A stretch of DNA of 64,000 bases from Schmidtea polychroa. Its lineage: Eukaryota. The notes beneath the pieces are model-generated. The model did no database searches and had not been told where the DNA came from. It was given only the letters and a program-made list of their open reading frames with translations. This document shows positions 10,891 to 21,867 of this stretch, piece after piece. The stretch spans positions 31,062,001-31,126,000 of the forward strand of contig CM097888.1 of assembly GCA_044892525.1 (NCBI GenBank), given 5' to 3'. Every line of letters starts with the position of its first letter. Position 1 is the first letter of the stretch. The position numbers and the translations under genes are program-made.

Positions 10891-11989
10891 TATAACAACT
10901 CATATATTCAAATAAACTTTTCATACAAATTGAACTAATCTGGATCATGTATTCCAATAAAGTCTTCATAATCATATCATTCCAAACAGTATCATTGAAA
11001 CAAAATCACCCTATTGGCATAATCAAATCATTTCTAGTTAATACAATCGACACCGTGAATTACTAAATCAATAAAAAATATGATCGAAATGAATTACCAT
11101 ATTGGTATAACTAAATTACTTTTAATTAAAATGATTGAAAGAATAAAGAACAAGCTTATACTCATGTTATAATTACAAATTTAAAATGAATTAAAAAGGT
11201 GCTTGTAGAATTCATACGTTAACATCTAAATCAACCAAATAAATCTTACATTGTTACTAGTTAAGAATTGAATTGGTCGTCTATATCGAGTTAATGGCTG
11301 TAAGTCGTCCCGTGGATAATAGTCCTGAATTATAATTTTAATACCTGAGAGAATAAGCCGCTCGGTTTTCTTATATACTGGATTCTGTCCAATCAGAATC
11401 CAGTGCGGTTGTATAATTTTATTTTTATTCATTTTTTCTCTTTTATTCTTTTCTTATGTTTTTCTTTATTATTTTTAGCGATTTTATTAGTAAGTAATTT
11501 TTCTATTCCTATTTTCCTTTCTTTGGTTGATTTTTGAGTTATTTTATCGCGTTTTCTCACTTATTTGCATTTCCTTAATTATTATTACTAATTTTGGGTT
11601 GGATATTATTATTTTAATTTTTCTTGCTATCTCTTTCTATTATTTTTAATATTTTTCTATTATTTTCCTTCTTAGGTAATTGTTTTGGATTTTTTATTAA
11701 ATTTTTCGCTATTATTTTTCTATTCTTCCTTTCTCCTTGGCTAATTCCCTCCCCTAATTCTTATTCCGTTATTTGTCTGGACCTTTATATTTATTGAAAA
11801 TCAGCCCAACAAATCACTCCGGGGCCCGTTAAAATTGCAATTTATAATTCTAGAGCAAAATTAAAAAAAAATAATACAAAATCACGTGTCGAGTTCACAC
11901 ACTACCATTCAAACATATGTCATACACACACAAAAGTTAAAAGATAAAAATTATATTGATAGTTAAAGGGAAAATATAAGACAAGCAGA

Positions 11990-13440
11990 CGTCACTTAAG
12001 GTGACCAGGTTTATGTACAGATAGTTCATTGTTAATTCGTGTCACATACTCAAATTGTTCAAAATGTTGTTAATGCAGTTGCCGGTTGGCTTTCGAAATC
12101 CTTTCGGGAGCTTTGGATTGGGTGAATTGACAACGTTGTTGAAGCAGTGGGTTGGATTGTGGCATGTACATTGTTGGAAGGTGGATTTTGTTGTGGTTGG
12201 TCAATTTGGGTTGGTTGTTGGAATCGTACAGTCCTCTTCGGTATGTTTCTTGGTTGCGGATTCTTCTTTGTTGGTTCTGCGAACGATAGCTGGTTTCTCT
12301 GCCATGTCTGGTATAGTTCATATGATCTCCAGATGATTAATGTACAGATGATGAGGGTTTCGCTGATTATAGTATAGAGCCAGACATGGCTCTCTTTCGT
12401 TTCCTTTTCTAGGGTGGTTTCTTTTTGTGATTGTTGAGTGGCTTGTTGTTGCAGGAGGGTTTCTAGTTGCTCGATTCCTTGGTTTTGCAGAATGAGTTGC
12501 GCTTGAATCTTTTGCCAGACGGATTTTTTCCAGCATTGTTTTCAAATGTGGTTGTAGGGCTTTCTTTCGTCTCTCAATTTAGTTGTTGGCTCTTGTTGGG
12601 AAATCTGATTTTCTGTAATCTTCTGGCTTTCTTGGGGTAGCTGCTTCATCAGAGTTTCATTTATTATTTCTACTATTATTACGAGGGTTGCTCCGGACCA
12701 CATACTACTATACATATATTTTATACACAAATATTTACATTGATTTCTCTATCTTTATTTATCGGAGGACTTTCTTTCTCGGATAACTTCATTATTTTGG
12801 TCTCCGCTTTTATTACCCTTTTTCTCAATTCGGGCAACATTTCTAATTGTCTGTCTTTTTCGTGTATTTGCTGTTTCAGAGTTTCTTTTAACATATTTAT
12901 CTCTTGTGTTGCTTTATCTAGGTTTTTGTGGTTCATTAATTGTAGGAAGTCGTTTTCTCTTTTCTCGTCTTACCCGTCTCTCTTTTCATCGTCTATTTCT
13001 TGATATTTATTATTCATCTTCCTCATTATTTCGCATTCCCTTTGTTTTTGGTGTAACTGAAGTTGAAAATCTTTCAGACTCTCTTGGTGTTTCCGTGCCT
13101 CGGTTTTCCAGTAATAGTTGATTACATCATCTGCCTTTATACTCGCTCTTTCCTGCCAAAATTCTTCCGTGATCTACTCCCAGTTTTTCCCTCGCTTTCT
13201 TTGTTCGTGAAGCCATTCGTTTTCCTCTTCTACTTCTTTCTTTACTTCCTCCAGTAAATTATATTCTTTTTTCAGCACTTTAATCATTCTTCGGTTATCT
13301 CTCCATCTTTCTATTAATCTTTCGTTCTCTTGTCTTGTAATTCTTCCTTGATAGTTTTCTTTCGCTCTACTTCTTCTATTTCAATTTCTCCTTCTAATTC
13401 GATTATTAATGTTATGGTGGATTTTCTATATGGTGGATAT
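11990..13440 (-). pseudogene. Decayed long coiled-coil plus transmembrane ORF (retroelement accessory or env-like)
   Basis: E/K/Q-rich frames interrupted by stops and frameshifts. 12730-12058 is one frame with a single TGA and contains the hydrophobic segment VWLYTIISETLIICTLIIW followed by a P/Q/T-rich tail. Confidence 0.5.
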
Positions 13441-13619
13441 ATATATGGTTAATAGTGCGCTATAGGGCGACTTATACATATACAATTATTTTCTGGAATA
13501 TAGTTTCCAACTTAAATGGCGGGTTACACTCCCTTTACTACTTTTATTGTACTATTAATTTTTTTGTTTGGGATACAGCTCCCGATTTTGTACTTTTTTG
13601 TCTTTTTATTAATTTTATT

Positions 13620-14403
13620 TTATACAAACGTTTCCTCCTGACCCCCGTATCCTTCGTCGCTTTCAACTAATGACTCCAAATGTATAGCGATTTGGTCGTG
13701 TGGTAGATAGTACCTTGGAAGTTGAGCCCTCAGCTCGTGAACTTCATCTCTAAGCGCCCTTGAGATGTTCAATTCCTCATTTAAGAGATACGTGATAGTA
13801 CTGGATAGTACTATGTTTCGTTGCTCCAGTGCTCCTTTATAGCCATTGTTATCCCGTTCCAGCTCCGCTACTTTGTTTACTAATTCTACTATCCTTCCTG
13901 ATTGTTGCAGGATCATTTCCTCCATGGCTATATTTTCTTGTTCTTTCAAGGTTATCTTCATTGCTAAGTGTATCTCGAACTCCATTGCCTTTGTTTGCCA
14001 CGTTTGACTACGTGCGGCGATTCTCCTGAGTTTTTTCAACTCTTCTTTTTGATTGAGGTTTTCCTCCCATTTCTCTTGCTCGTTATCGAATCCAAATTTT
14101 TGAGGCAGTTCCTTCATCTCCTTTTTCAGTTCTTTGTTTTGTCGCTTACATTTTCTGGCTTCTCTCAACAGATGGTTAGTTTTTCTCCCTTCTCTTTCTT
14201 TTTCAATTTCTCGTTTTTTATTCTAGTCTGTCAGTCTGGACTCTTTTACCAACTGCTTTAAATAGTGTCCGTGTGCTTCTTGGCGGGTATTCACTAATGC
14301 CCACCATTTTGCGGCTCTTTTGCAGGCCCCTGCCTCTGCCATCAAATTTTGAATTAACCACTGGGATTGATGGAATTCCCATTCCCTTGGACTTTTTGTT
14401 CAA
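13620..14403 (-). pseudogene. Coiled-coil ORF (~260 aa), one frameshift
   Basis: ORFs 14403-14218 and 14168-13620 join if one T at ~14220 is removed (..DRLE|KKREIEKERE..LREARK..). Heptad-rich. Confidence 0.55.
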
Positions 14404-15433
14404 AATATCTTAGATGGCATTCTAATCAACATTACTCAACTCTTAAATTACAAAAGGTTAGATTACTTTTAATATCTACTTTCATTATTTGGAGTATTAT
14501 TTAACTAAATAATTTATCTTTTTTGACAGTCCTAATTCATTTTATCACTTGAGTCTCTTTAAATTATAAATTTTCATTCAAAATGTTACATGAAAACATA
14601 ATTAGTACGTTCATAGCAATTTGATTTTTGTATTTTTTATCGACATTTAATTATTAAAATTAATTATGAAGTTAGTACTATTTACTGAACATATAATTAT
14701 TTAAATTTATCCATAATTATTAGCTGATAAATATTTATCTATATATTTTAATAATATATTAATTAAATCGATTTAAAATATTTAAATGTTAGAAAATTTT
14801 ATATTATTTTTTTTGATATTTTGTATTTTCAAATGTTATATTTAAAAATTTCCGATATATATCTAATACGTCAATATTTATTTCGTATTATTTAATTTTT
14901 GCTGCTCACAAGAACAAAATTTTATGGAAAATAAATTTCCTAAACTTTTCCATCGCAGTGGCATGATTTTGTGACGGAAGTCCAACAAAACCGACCCCTG
15001 ACATGGACGATACAGGCAGTTCACACCTCTTATAATCTATTGTTGTTTATAACAATTCTATTAATGTCGGATGAAAAGCTATTATTTATTTAATTATTTT
15101 CTAATTAACACACTGGCTACTGACAACCACACATTTCCAATTGTTGTCCAGGGTAGCCAAACTCCGACAATTGGGAATGTGTTTGTTGTTATTTATTATT
15201 AATGATATGTTAATGAAGTTTTATTTAATTGGTTACCCATTTATTTATTTGTTTATTTATTTATTTTTTTTCATTTTTCAATTTGGGGTTTTACTGATGA
15301 GCTACTAATTAATAAATGAGAAAAACTCGAGTTCAACCTTATTTATTTTATAAATATAATATATATAATTTAATTCATTTTTATTTCCAATTGTTTGGTT
15401 CCATGTTGATACCGTATTATTGTTTCTTCCCGC

Positions 15434-15965
15434 TCACATATTACCCCTTCGATGGTTACAGTCTCCAACATCAATATTCGAAGTGCTTTTCCTTTTTTTT
15501 TCGCTTGTCGACATTCGGGCATTGGACCATACTAAAGTGTTGGGTGTATTCTTACCATCGAAACACTTGTCATTAATGAAACACATTCTTGTGAAATTTC
15601 CAAAAACGATTCGGTGGCCCACTTCAATGGAATTAATGGATTTTCAATCTCCATCGCCACATTCTCGTCGATTGTCAAATTAATTTCTTCTGATTCCAAT
15701 ACATCGTCAACCGGAATTTGTGCAACTTTCTCCGTTATTGTAGTCGATGTTGATGCCATTTCTCGAAGTTTCTTATATTCATCCAACGAATATCTCTTCG
15801 ATGGTTGGTTTTTGGGCATTGGTATATCATAAATCCATTGATTTTCACTCTATGATATACCTTGCGAATGCTTTTTACGTCCTCGAGAGCTGAATGCACA
15901 CCAATTTGGGTCTCTTCTTCACATATTTCTCTTACTACGGTTTGTAATTTAAACCACTGAAATAT
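15434..15965 (-). pseudogene. DEDDh (REX4/ISG20-like) exonuclease C-terminal part plus SLDEYKK tail
   Basis: QWFKLQTVVREICEEETQIGVHSALEDVKSIRKVY (ExoIII H..D) followed by KRYSLDEYKKLR; colinear with 24500-24951. Confidence 0.75.
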
Positions 15966-18284
15966 CAAAAAAGAATTTTATAATATTATCTTCACATAAC
16001 TCAAACAATTCCATATGTAGTTCGCTAGGCGCCTTTGCGATATCAACTAGATGTGGTTCAAATGCTTATCTCATTGTGATACTATGTTCTTCAAATTCAG
16101 AAAACCGTTGAGTATATTCTTCAATTAATGAGTCCAAAACAGCAATATAATCTTGAAATGTTGCACTAGCAGATTTCTGCTCATTTAATACTTTTTCTAA
16201 TTGCGGATAATGCTCTTCCGATCGAGAGAAAATAGTTTTGAAAAATAATATCTTTTTTCGAAGACTGAATTTTTTGCCAAATATCATAAATATGTTTTGT
16301 TTTACCTTGCAAAGAAATATTTAAATCATTCTGCTTTACCATAATATCACACAAAAATGCAGTATTTCTGCAAAAATTTTAATCTAGTAATTCGCATTAT
16401 TGTTTGTTCCTCATAAAATCTTATAATTTGTTCTCGCAATGATAAAACTTTCACTAAAACGTCCTCTTGATAAACATCGAACTTTGCAATGATACGGCAA
16501 ATCTACACTGTAGGTATCATCGTCGGACATAAGAAGGTTTCGAAATTGGCGATGTCGTGTTGCATTTGCTCTGATGAAATTGACAATTACAATAATTTTT
16601 TCTAGAGTATTGTTTAAAGAAGTGGATTTAGCACAAAGATTTTGTTGGTGCAATATTCAATAAAATGAGATTAATAATTTTAAATTTGCATTGTCCTTTT
16701 TTAATAATGAAACGAAACCTTCTCTTTTCCATTTCATGTAAGGTTCACCATCAGTATATACACTCACCAGATTATTGTTGGGCTAGAACTGACTTCATAG
16801 ACCCAAGTTTCTAATTGTGACCGAAATGTGTAGGTACACTGCATGCAAAAAGCAAAAAGTATAGTTAAATATTAAAAACCACACCAAATAAACAATAGTA
16901 ATTAAAGGAAAAAACAACAAAAACCTAAAACACAGAAATTAAATAAAATTCATACAAAAGCAAGCAGTTATGCCAAATCTAACTCAAAAATAACCAAATA
17001 AACATAGAATTACAAAAAACAAACTCGAATAACTTAAAAGATGGTAAAAACAGCAAAAAGTTCCAGAAAAACCCAGAACATTCCATAAAAATGGCGACGA
17101 CCATCACAACGGCCATCTAGAACAACAAAAGTTAGAGAAAATAAATAAATTAGTATTAAAAATAAAAAATCTTAAAAAGAAATTCATGAAACAGCAGTTA
17201 AAATGAAAATTGTATTAAAAAATAAAATAGAATGTTCTGGAACCGTTCCAAATCCATCATGGACGTAAAATTAATGAAAAATAATTAGAAAATAAAAATT
17301 TAAAAATAAAAACAAAAATTATAGCACTAAAATTTCCATTAAAAATATCAAAATCACGAAATAGAAAATTCTGGAATAAAAAGAATTCGAGTTTGTTTTA
17401 ATGCATCAATACATACACGTGTACAAAATAGGTATATATACCGACGCATTTTGGTCACAAAAAAATCTTTTTGTATGCCAAAAATTTTCGTAACAAATTT
17501 GGACAACACCGAAAGTAAGGACTGTTGTTTGTATGTATTTTTCATTGTTATATTATTATTCTATTTTATTATATTGATTTGCATTGAATTAATTTTTTCT
17601 TTTTTTTCATTTATCCTACTATCACGAAATAAGAGTGACCAGCATTGTGAACAGGTTATAGTCACCATGCTGATCAGCCTTGTTTCCAACTAATAGTTCA
17701 CATGCACAAATTCGGGTCTACGACCCCACATGCATAAAAATTTAAACATTTTTTATTAACCGGAGGTCGCCACGAACAAATGGTTCTAACCAGGAGTAGG
17801 GCGGTAAATCCATACCGGTAGTTGGCATAGTCATAGGGACTATGCGGGCGAAATAAACTTCGGGAAAGTAATCGCGGGAAACATAACACAATAAGGCCTA
17901 TCGTACCGTATTCAGTTGAGTCTGGAAAGTAGGAAAATTTTAATTAATTCGACTTTTCAGTAAATTACATGCTTAAAATAAACACTCAACCATGCTATAG
18001 GAGACATAACATTAGGAAAATCTAAACGGGAAATATCCCAGACTCAATGTACTTCAAAGACACTCCGGTAGTCGGCTAATTGCACAAACCATTCGATTAT
18101 TTGGTGCACTTAATATTGAATATTATTAATAGACGTTGTCGATTGTATTTATAATTATATTGATCAGAAAATTAGTACTCAATGGCCCGAATCTAAGAAA
18201 AATTCAATTTTATAATCATATAGTTTACAATGAGCTATTGAACGTAATATCCGGATTATCGGGAGGATAGACATTAAATCTTAT

Positions 18285-18640
18285 CATTATCATTTAATAT
18301 TATTTAGATACTATAAAATTCTAAATCCATTTATTGTGTTATTGTCATTAATATTATTTAAATACCATAAAATTCTAAATCCATTTTATTGGATTATTAT
18401 CATTTAATATTAATTAGATACTATAAAATTCTAAATCCATTTTATTGGATTATTATCATCCAATTTAGATACTATAAGATTCTAAACCCATTTATTGTAC
18501 TATTGTCATTAATATTATTTAGACATCGTAAAATTCTAAATCCATTTTATAGTAGTATTATCATTTAATATTATTTCGATATCAAAAATTATAACCCCAA
18601 TTTACTGCATTATTTTCATTTAGTATTATGAGATTGCCAA
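18285..18640. repeat. ~55-bp AT-rich tandem array, about 6 copies, inside the LTR
   Basis: The unit core CTATAAAATTCTAAATCCAT recurs at 18311, 18365, 18421, 18472, 18527 and 18582. Confidence 0.9.
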
Positions 18641-19763
18641 CCCCTTTTTATGGTGTTGTTATCATTCAACATTGTTTGGATGTTGTCTCAAATTACCAAT
18701 CCGATTTAGCTTATTTATTAATATTAGAGTCAAAGGATGTTACAATTAAATCAAGTAAATTCTCTCTATATTGGCCTTAGCGAGACCCTTAACCTAAAAC
18801 CCCACCCTAGCCTACCTATTGAGTACATACCTCATCTAACTAATTTATTGATTTATTGAAATGCTACTATAAATAGAAAATTCGAAATTAACCTTATTGA
18901 TTTTCTTTCCCTCATGATAAGAATCAGCCAATGGGACCACTTCTATTAATAGCAACCACCCTACGAACCAAAAGGGACCTCGTCAAACTCATTCTGGCTG
19001 ACCAAATGGGCGATGCATACGCTCTTCTAAATGCGCCAATCACTGTCGACCATGTCATTCGGAACTCTGATTTTCGTGTGAAACCTATCACACCCACGCG
19101 AAGCTAACCCAAGTTACCCCAGTAGTCAACCCATACACGACAGGAAAGACAAAGGACCCTTCTCCTTCCTTTTGCTTCTACAGGATTAGCTGCCTAAGTT
19201 AAGATATAAAACCATAACCCAGAATAATAATTAGCCAGCGGTTTATGACACTTTACCATAAATTCATGAATTACTTTAACGTAGAGAAAAGTACTAATAA
19301 AATTACCCAATAATTGTTGCATATTGCGAATCATATGTTATATTGATAAAAGGATTAATGAAATTACCCAACACCAGTTCATAAAGTGGTAGGATGAACA
19401 TTAATTATCTGGTTAAATTTGCCAAAATGTGCTAACCAACAAGATCTCAATTCCTGAAATCAGACAAGTTAAAGTCAAACTCCCTCTTACCCGTTAAGTA
19501 TCCGTTGTAGAGCAAGCCACTTACAACCATCCTGGTCAAGGACTCGCAAAGGGCTGAATATAAATTCAGGCCAGTTGAAATATCCGTTTCCAGGATGAGT
19601 CTTAGTAGCACGATTTGATGATTGAAAAAAAAAAATTACCAATAGATAATAAGATTAAATTATAAAGATGAAAATTCACATCGGATTAAATGCGAATTAA
19701 TATTTAAAGTGACGTAATTTGATATAAATAAATCAAATAAATCTTTGAATGATTTAAACAACC

Positions 19764-19980
19764 AGTATCGGAGGTTTAATTGATAATATTTTAAATATTT
19801 ATTTTTACTGCGTCAACTATATCGGAAGTTTAATTTATAATATTTTAAATATTTATTTTTACTGCGTCAACTATATCGGAAGTTTAATTTATAATATTTT
19901 AAATATTTATTTTTACTGCGTCAACTATATCGGAAGTTTAATTTATACTACTTTAAATATTCATTTTTACTACACCAACC
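19764..19980. repeat. 54-bp tandem array, about 4 copies, inside the LTR
   Basis: TATATCGGAAG starts at 19818, 19872 and 19926, with a variant near 19765. Confidence 0.9.
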
Positions 19981-20221
19981 ATTTATTCATCAAACATAAA
20001 ACAATGGATCCCCAATTTAAATGTTCTGTATTTTCCTATCCGTTACTTGTAGGCCTCGACTTTCACAACTCCCAAGTCAACCTACCTTTAACTAAAGAAC
20101 CGAACACGGAAATTATTTGGCAACTCGAACCTGAATGAAATAGTGTATAAAACGTCTGGGGGTAACTGGATATAGAGGAACAAAGGAAAATTTCCCTAAT
20201 AATTCTTTTAATTTCGTAGAT

Positions 20222-20698
20222 ATGCATAAGCTCGGATCAGAAGACGGCCACGCGAATCCCTTGGCATCCGCGGTAAGACGCAACCTAACTCCAGAAGAGG
20301 CAGGTGAGGTTACCAGATTGGACCTACCAGTGGTCCCCGTAATCCCGAAGGTGGAGCCTTACCTTAATCGCGCGTCATTAGCTTTGATAGACGCCTTTGA
20401 CGAGGTGACGGTGGCGATAGACCGACTACGCCGGCTCGAGAAAGCAACTTTGGCTGGTGAATTAGAAGACTGCGACGGCTACGCTCGAGCCCAATGTCAT
20501 CCGAAACGAACTGCAGCTCTTCAACGTGGATTGAAATACCCAAGACGGTTTCAACGAGGACCGGGACGACCGAGGAAACGCGGACGCACGCAAACGTCCA
20601 CCCACTCGACCAAGGAGAGTGCGGAATCGGAGGCTAGCGGAAGCCATGTGACTAACATTGGCGCGGGGTCCAGACGAAAACCTCGGGATAGAAACTAA
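20222..20698 (+). CDS. LTR-encoded ORF-A, 158 aa, with AT-hook-like basic motif
   Basis: Intact ATG-to-stop ORF; TATAAAA near 20149; GPGRPRKRGR; homologous to 32813-33052. Confidence 0.6.
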   Translation: MHKLGSEDGHANPLASAVRRNLTPEEAGEVTRLDLPVVPVIPKVEPYLNRASLALIDAFDEVTVAIDRLRRLEKATLAGELEDCDGYARAQCHPKRTAALQRGLKYPRRFQRGPGRPRKRGRTQTSTHSTKESAESEASGSHVTNIGAGSRRKPRDRN

Positions 20699-21090
20699 TC
20701 ATTCTGTGCTGACCTTAGAGTCGGGTGTATTATGTGATGTTATGTACTGGGTTAAACATCTTTAATCCAGGGTCGAATATTATACATTATGTCTTGTTAG
20801 TTCATAATTATTTGATGTTTGTTTGCGTTTGATGACCGATGACCACCCGATTGTAAAGATTGTCTGATTTTTAGCGATATACATGACGTGGAGTACCACC
20901 AGTTGACCACAAACTTCCTGCAGCGTTGCCTTGACAGCCCTACCAGGTTGGGGAGGCCACATGGAACTCGTTTTTGAGTACGTTTGGCGGAGGGTTGCGA
21001 CGAGGTGATTACTTCGTTTAACATCTACACTTATAATAGCGCTCAACCCTCGATGCTGGTGTAAAGATTATTGACGTTATCTCGTTTTAG

Positions 21091-21469
21091 TGCAGAAACT
21101 CCTGGAAGAGATGCGAGCAGATAGAGAACGGGCACAACGACAGGCAGAAGAATACCGGACCAAGTCGACACGAGTCAAGGCCCACTGTCGGAACTTCGAG
21201 TGCACCTGGTTCCCCCAGCGGAAATGCAGAAGAAGATGAAGTTGATCACTCAACTACAACTTCAGAATGCACAAGACCAGATTGAGTTGCGGGCCCACCG
21301 CCTGAGAATGAGGGAGCTGGAAGTCAAGGTGCACCAACAGGACCTGGATCGAGAGGTCATTGCCACGATCCGGCCCTTGGATGAGTTGCTCCGTCGAACG
21401 AAGAAGTGCACCCCAACAGCAGTAATCCCAAGGAAGAAGGTTCGGCTGGGCAAAGCGGCGCGAGAATAA
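21091..21469 (+). pseudogene. LTR-encoded coiled-coil ORF-B exon, 1-nt frameshift in a C run
   Basis: After the acceptor TTTTAG: KLLEEMRADRERAQRQAEEY..CRNFECTWFP|PAEMQKKMKLITQLQLQNAQDQIELRAHRLRMRELEVKVHQQDLDRE. Confidence 0.65.
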
Positions 21470-21659
21470 GACAAGCCAGCCAGGCCCAATTAACTCTCCA
21501 TTCTACTGGATCAGAGGCTACCCCAAGAGAATCGACCAGGAAACCTTAAGTTGTCTATGTGGTCCGAATAAATCTTTACTGGTGTATCCGTGTCTGTACA
21601 TTTTGATTTTTTTTTGGTGTTGATTATTGCCACGGGGACGAAAAGAAACCGGACATAGA

Positions 21660-21867
21660 CCTTCTATCGGTAGTCCGTGAACCCCAGTGGGCACTAGACA
21701 ATTATAGTATGTTAAGCATGCTCACTTTTTGCTAGTGCCCAAACCCTTGATACAGTACCAACGTTGATCGCTCAACGGGTATCAAGTGGTCAGCTATAAA
21801 TTGTATTCTGGGTTACGCTGGAAACAGCCCGAGGAGGTAAAGATTTTTCAGTACCTGTAACCCACCA
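21660..21867 (+). ncRNA. Conserved structured RNA at LTR 3' end (U5), copy 2
   Basis: Stems GGGCACTAG/CTAGTGCCC, CTTGATAC/GTATCAAG with an ACCAA bulge, and GGGTTAC/GTAACCC enclosing GCTG-GAAA-CAGC and AGGTA/TACCT. Confidence 0.75.

Larger units (their letters stand above)
5412..11811 (-). mobile_element. Giant LTR, copy 1 (~4.26 kb net of a nested Gypsy); probably the 3' LTR of a larger element
   Basis: The minus strand begins TGTTGGGC (11811) and ends CCCAACA (5412), matching the termini of copies 2 and 4. AATAAA at 5737-5732. Shares the U5 structure and the LEGTWF.P ORF. No TSD, and same-strand ORFs continue beyond 11811. Confidence 0.7.
16776..21867 (+). mobile_element. Giant solo LTR, copy 2 (5092 bp)
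   Basis: Ends TGTTGGGC...CCCACCA with 4-bp TSD TTAT (16772-16775, 21868-21871). Removing it restores the hAT reading frame. AATAAA at 21567. Confidence 0.85.

Noticed and set aside
15293-15340. Hammerhead ribozyme candidates at CTGATGA sites (15.3 kb; minus strand at 8.6 and 29.98 kb)
   Set aside because: None has a paired stem II followed by GAAA and a stem III/NUH. The 29.98-kb site lies in Gypsy gag-protease coding sequence.
18285-19980. CRISPR-like arrays
   Set aside because: The units are contiguous tandem repeats with no unique spacers, the context is eukaryotic, and there are no cas genes.
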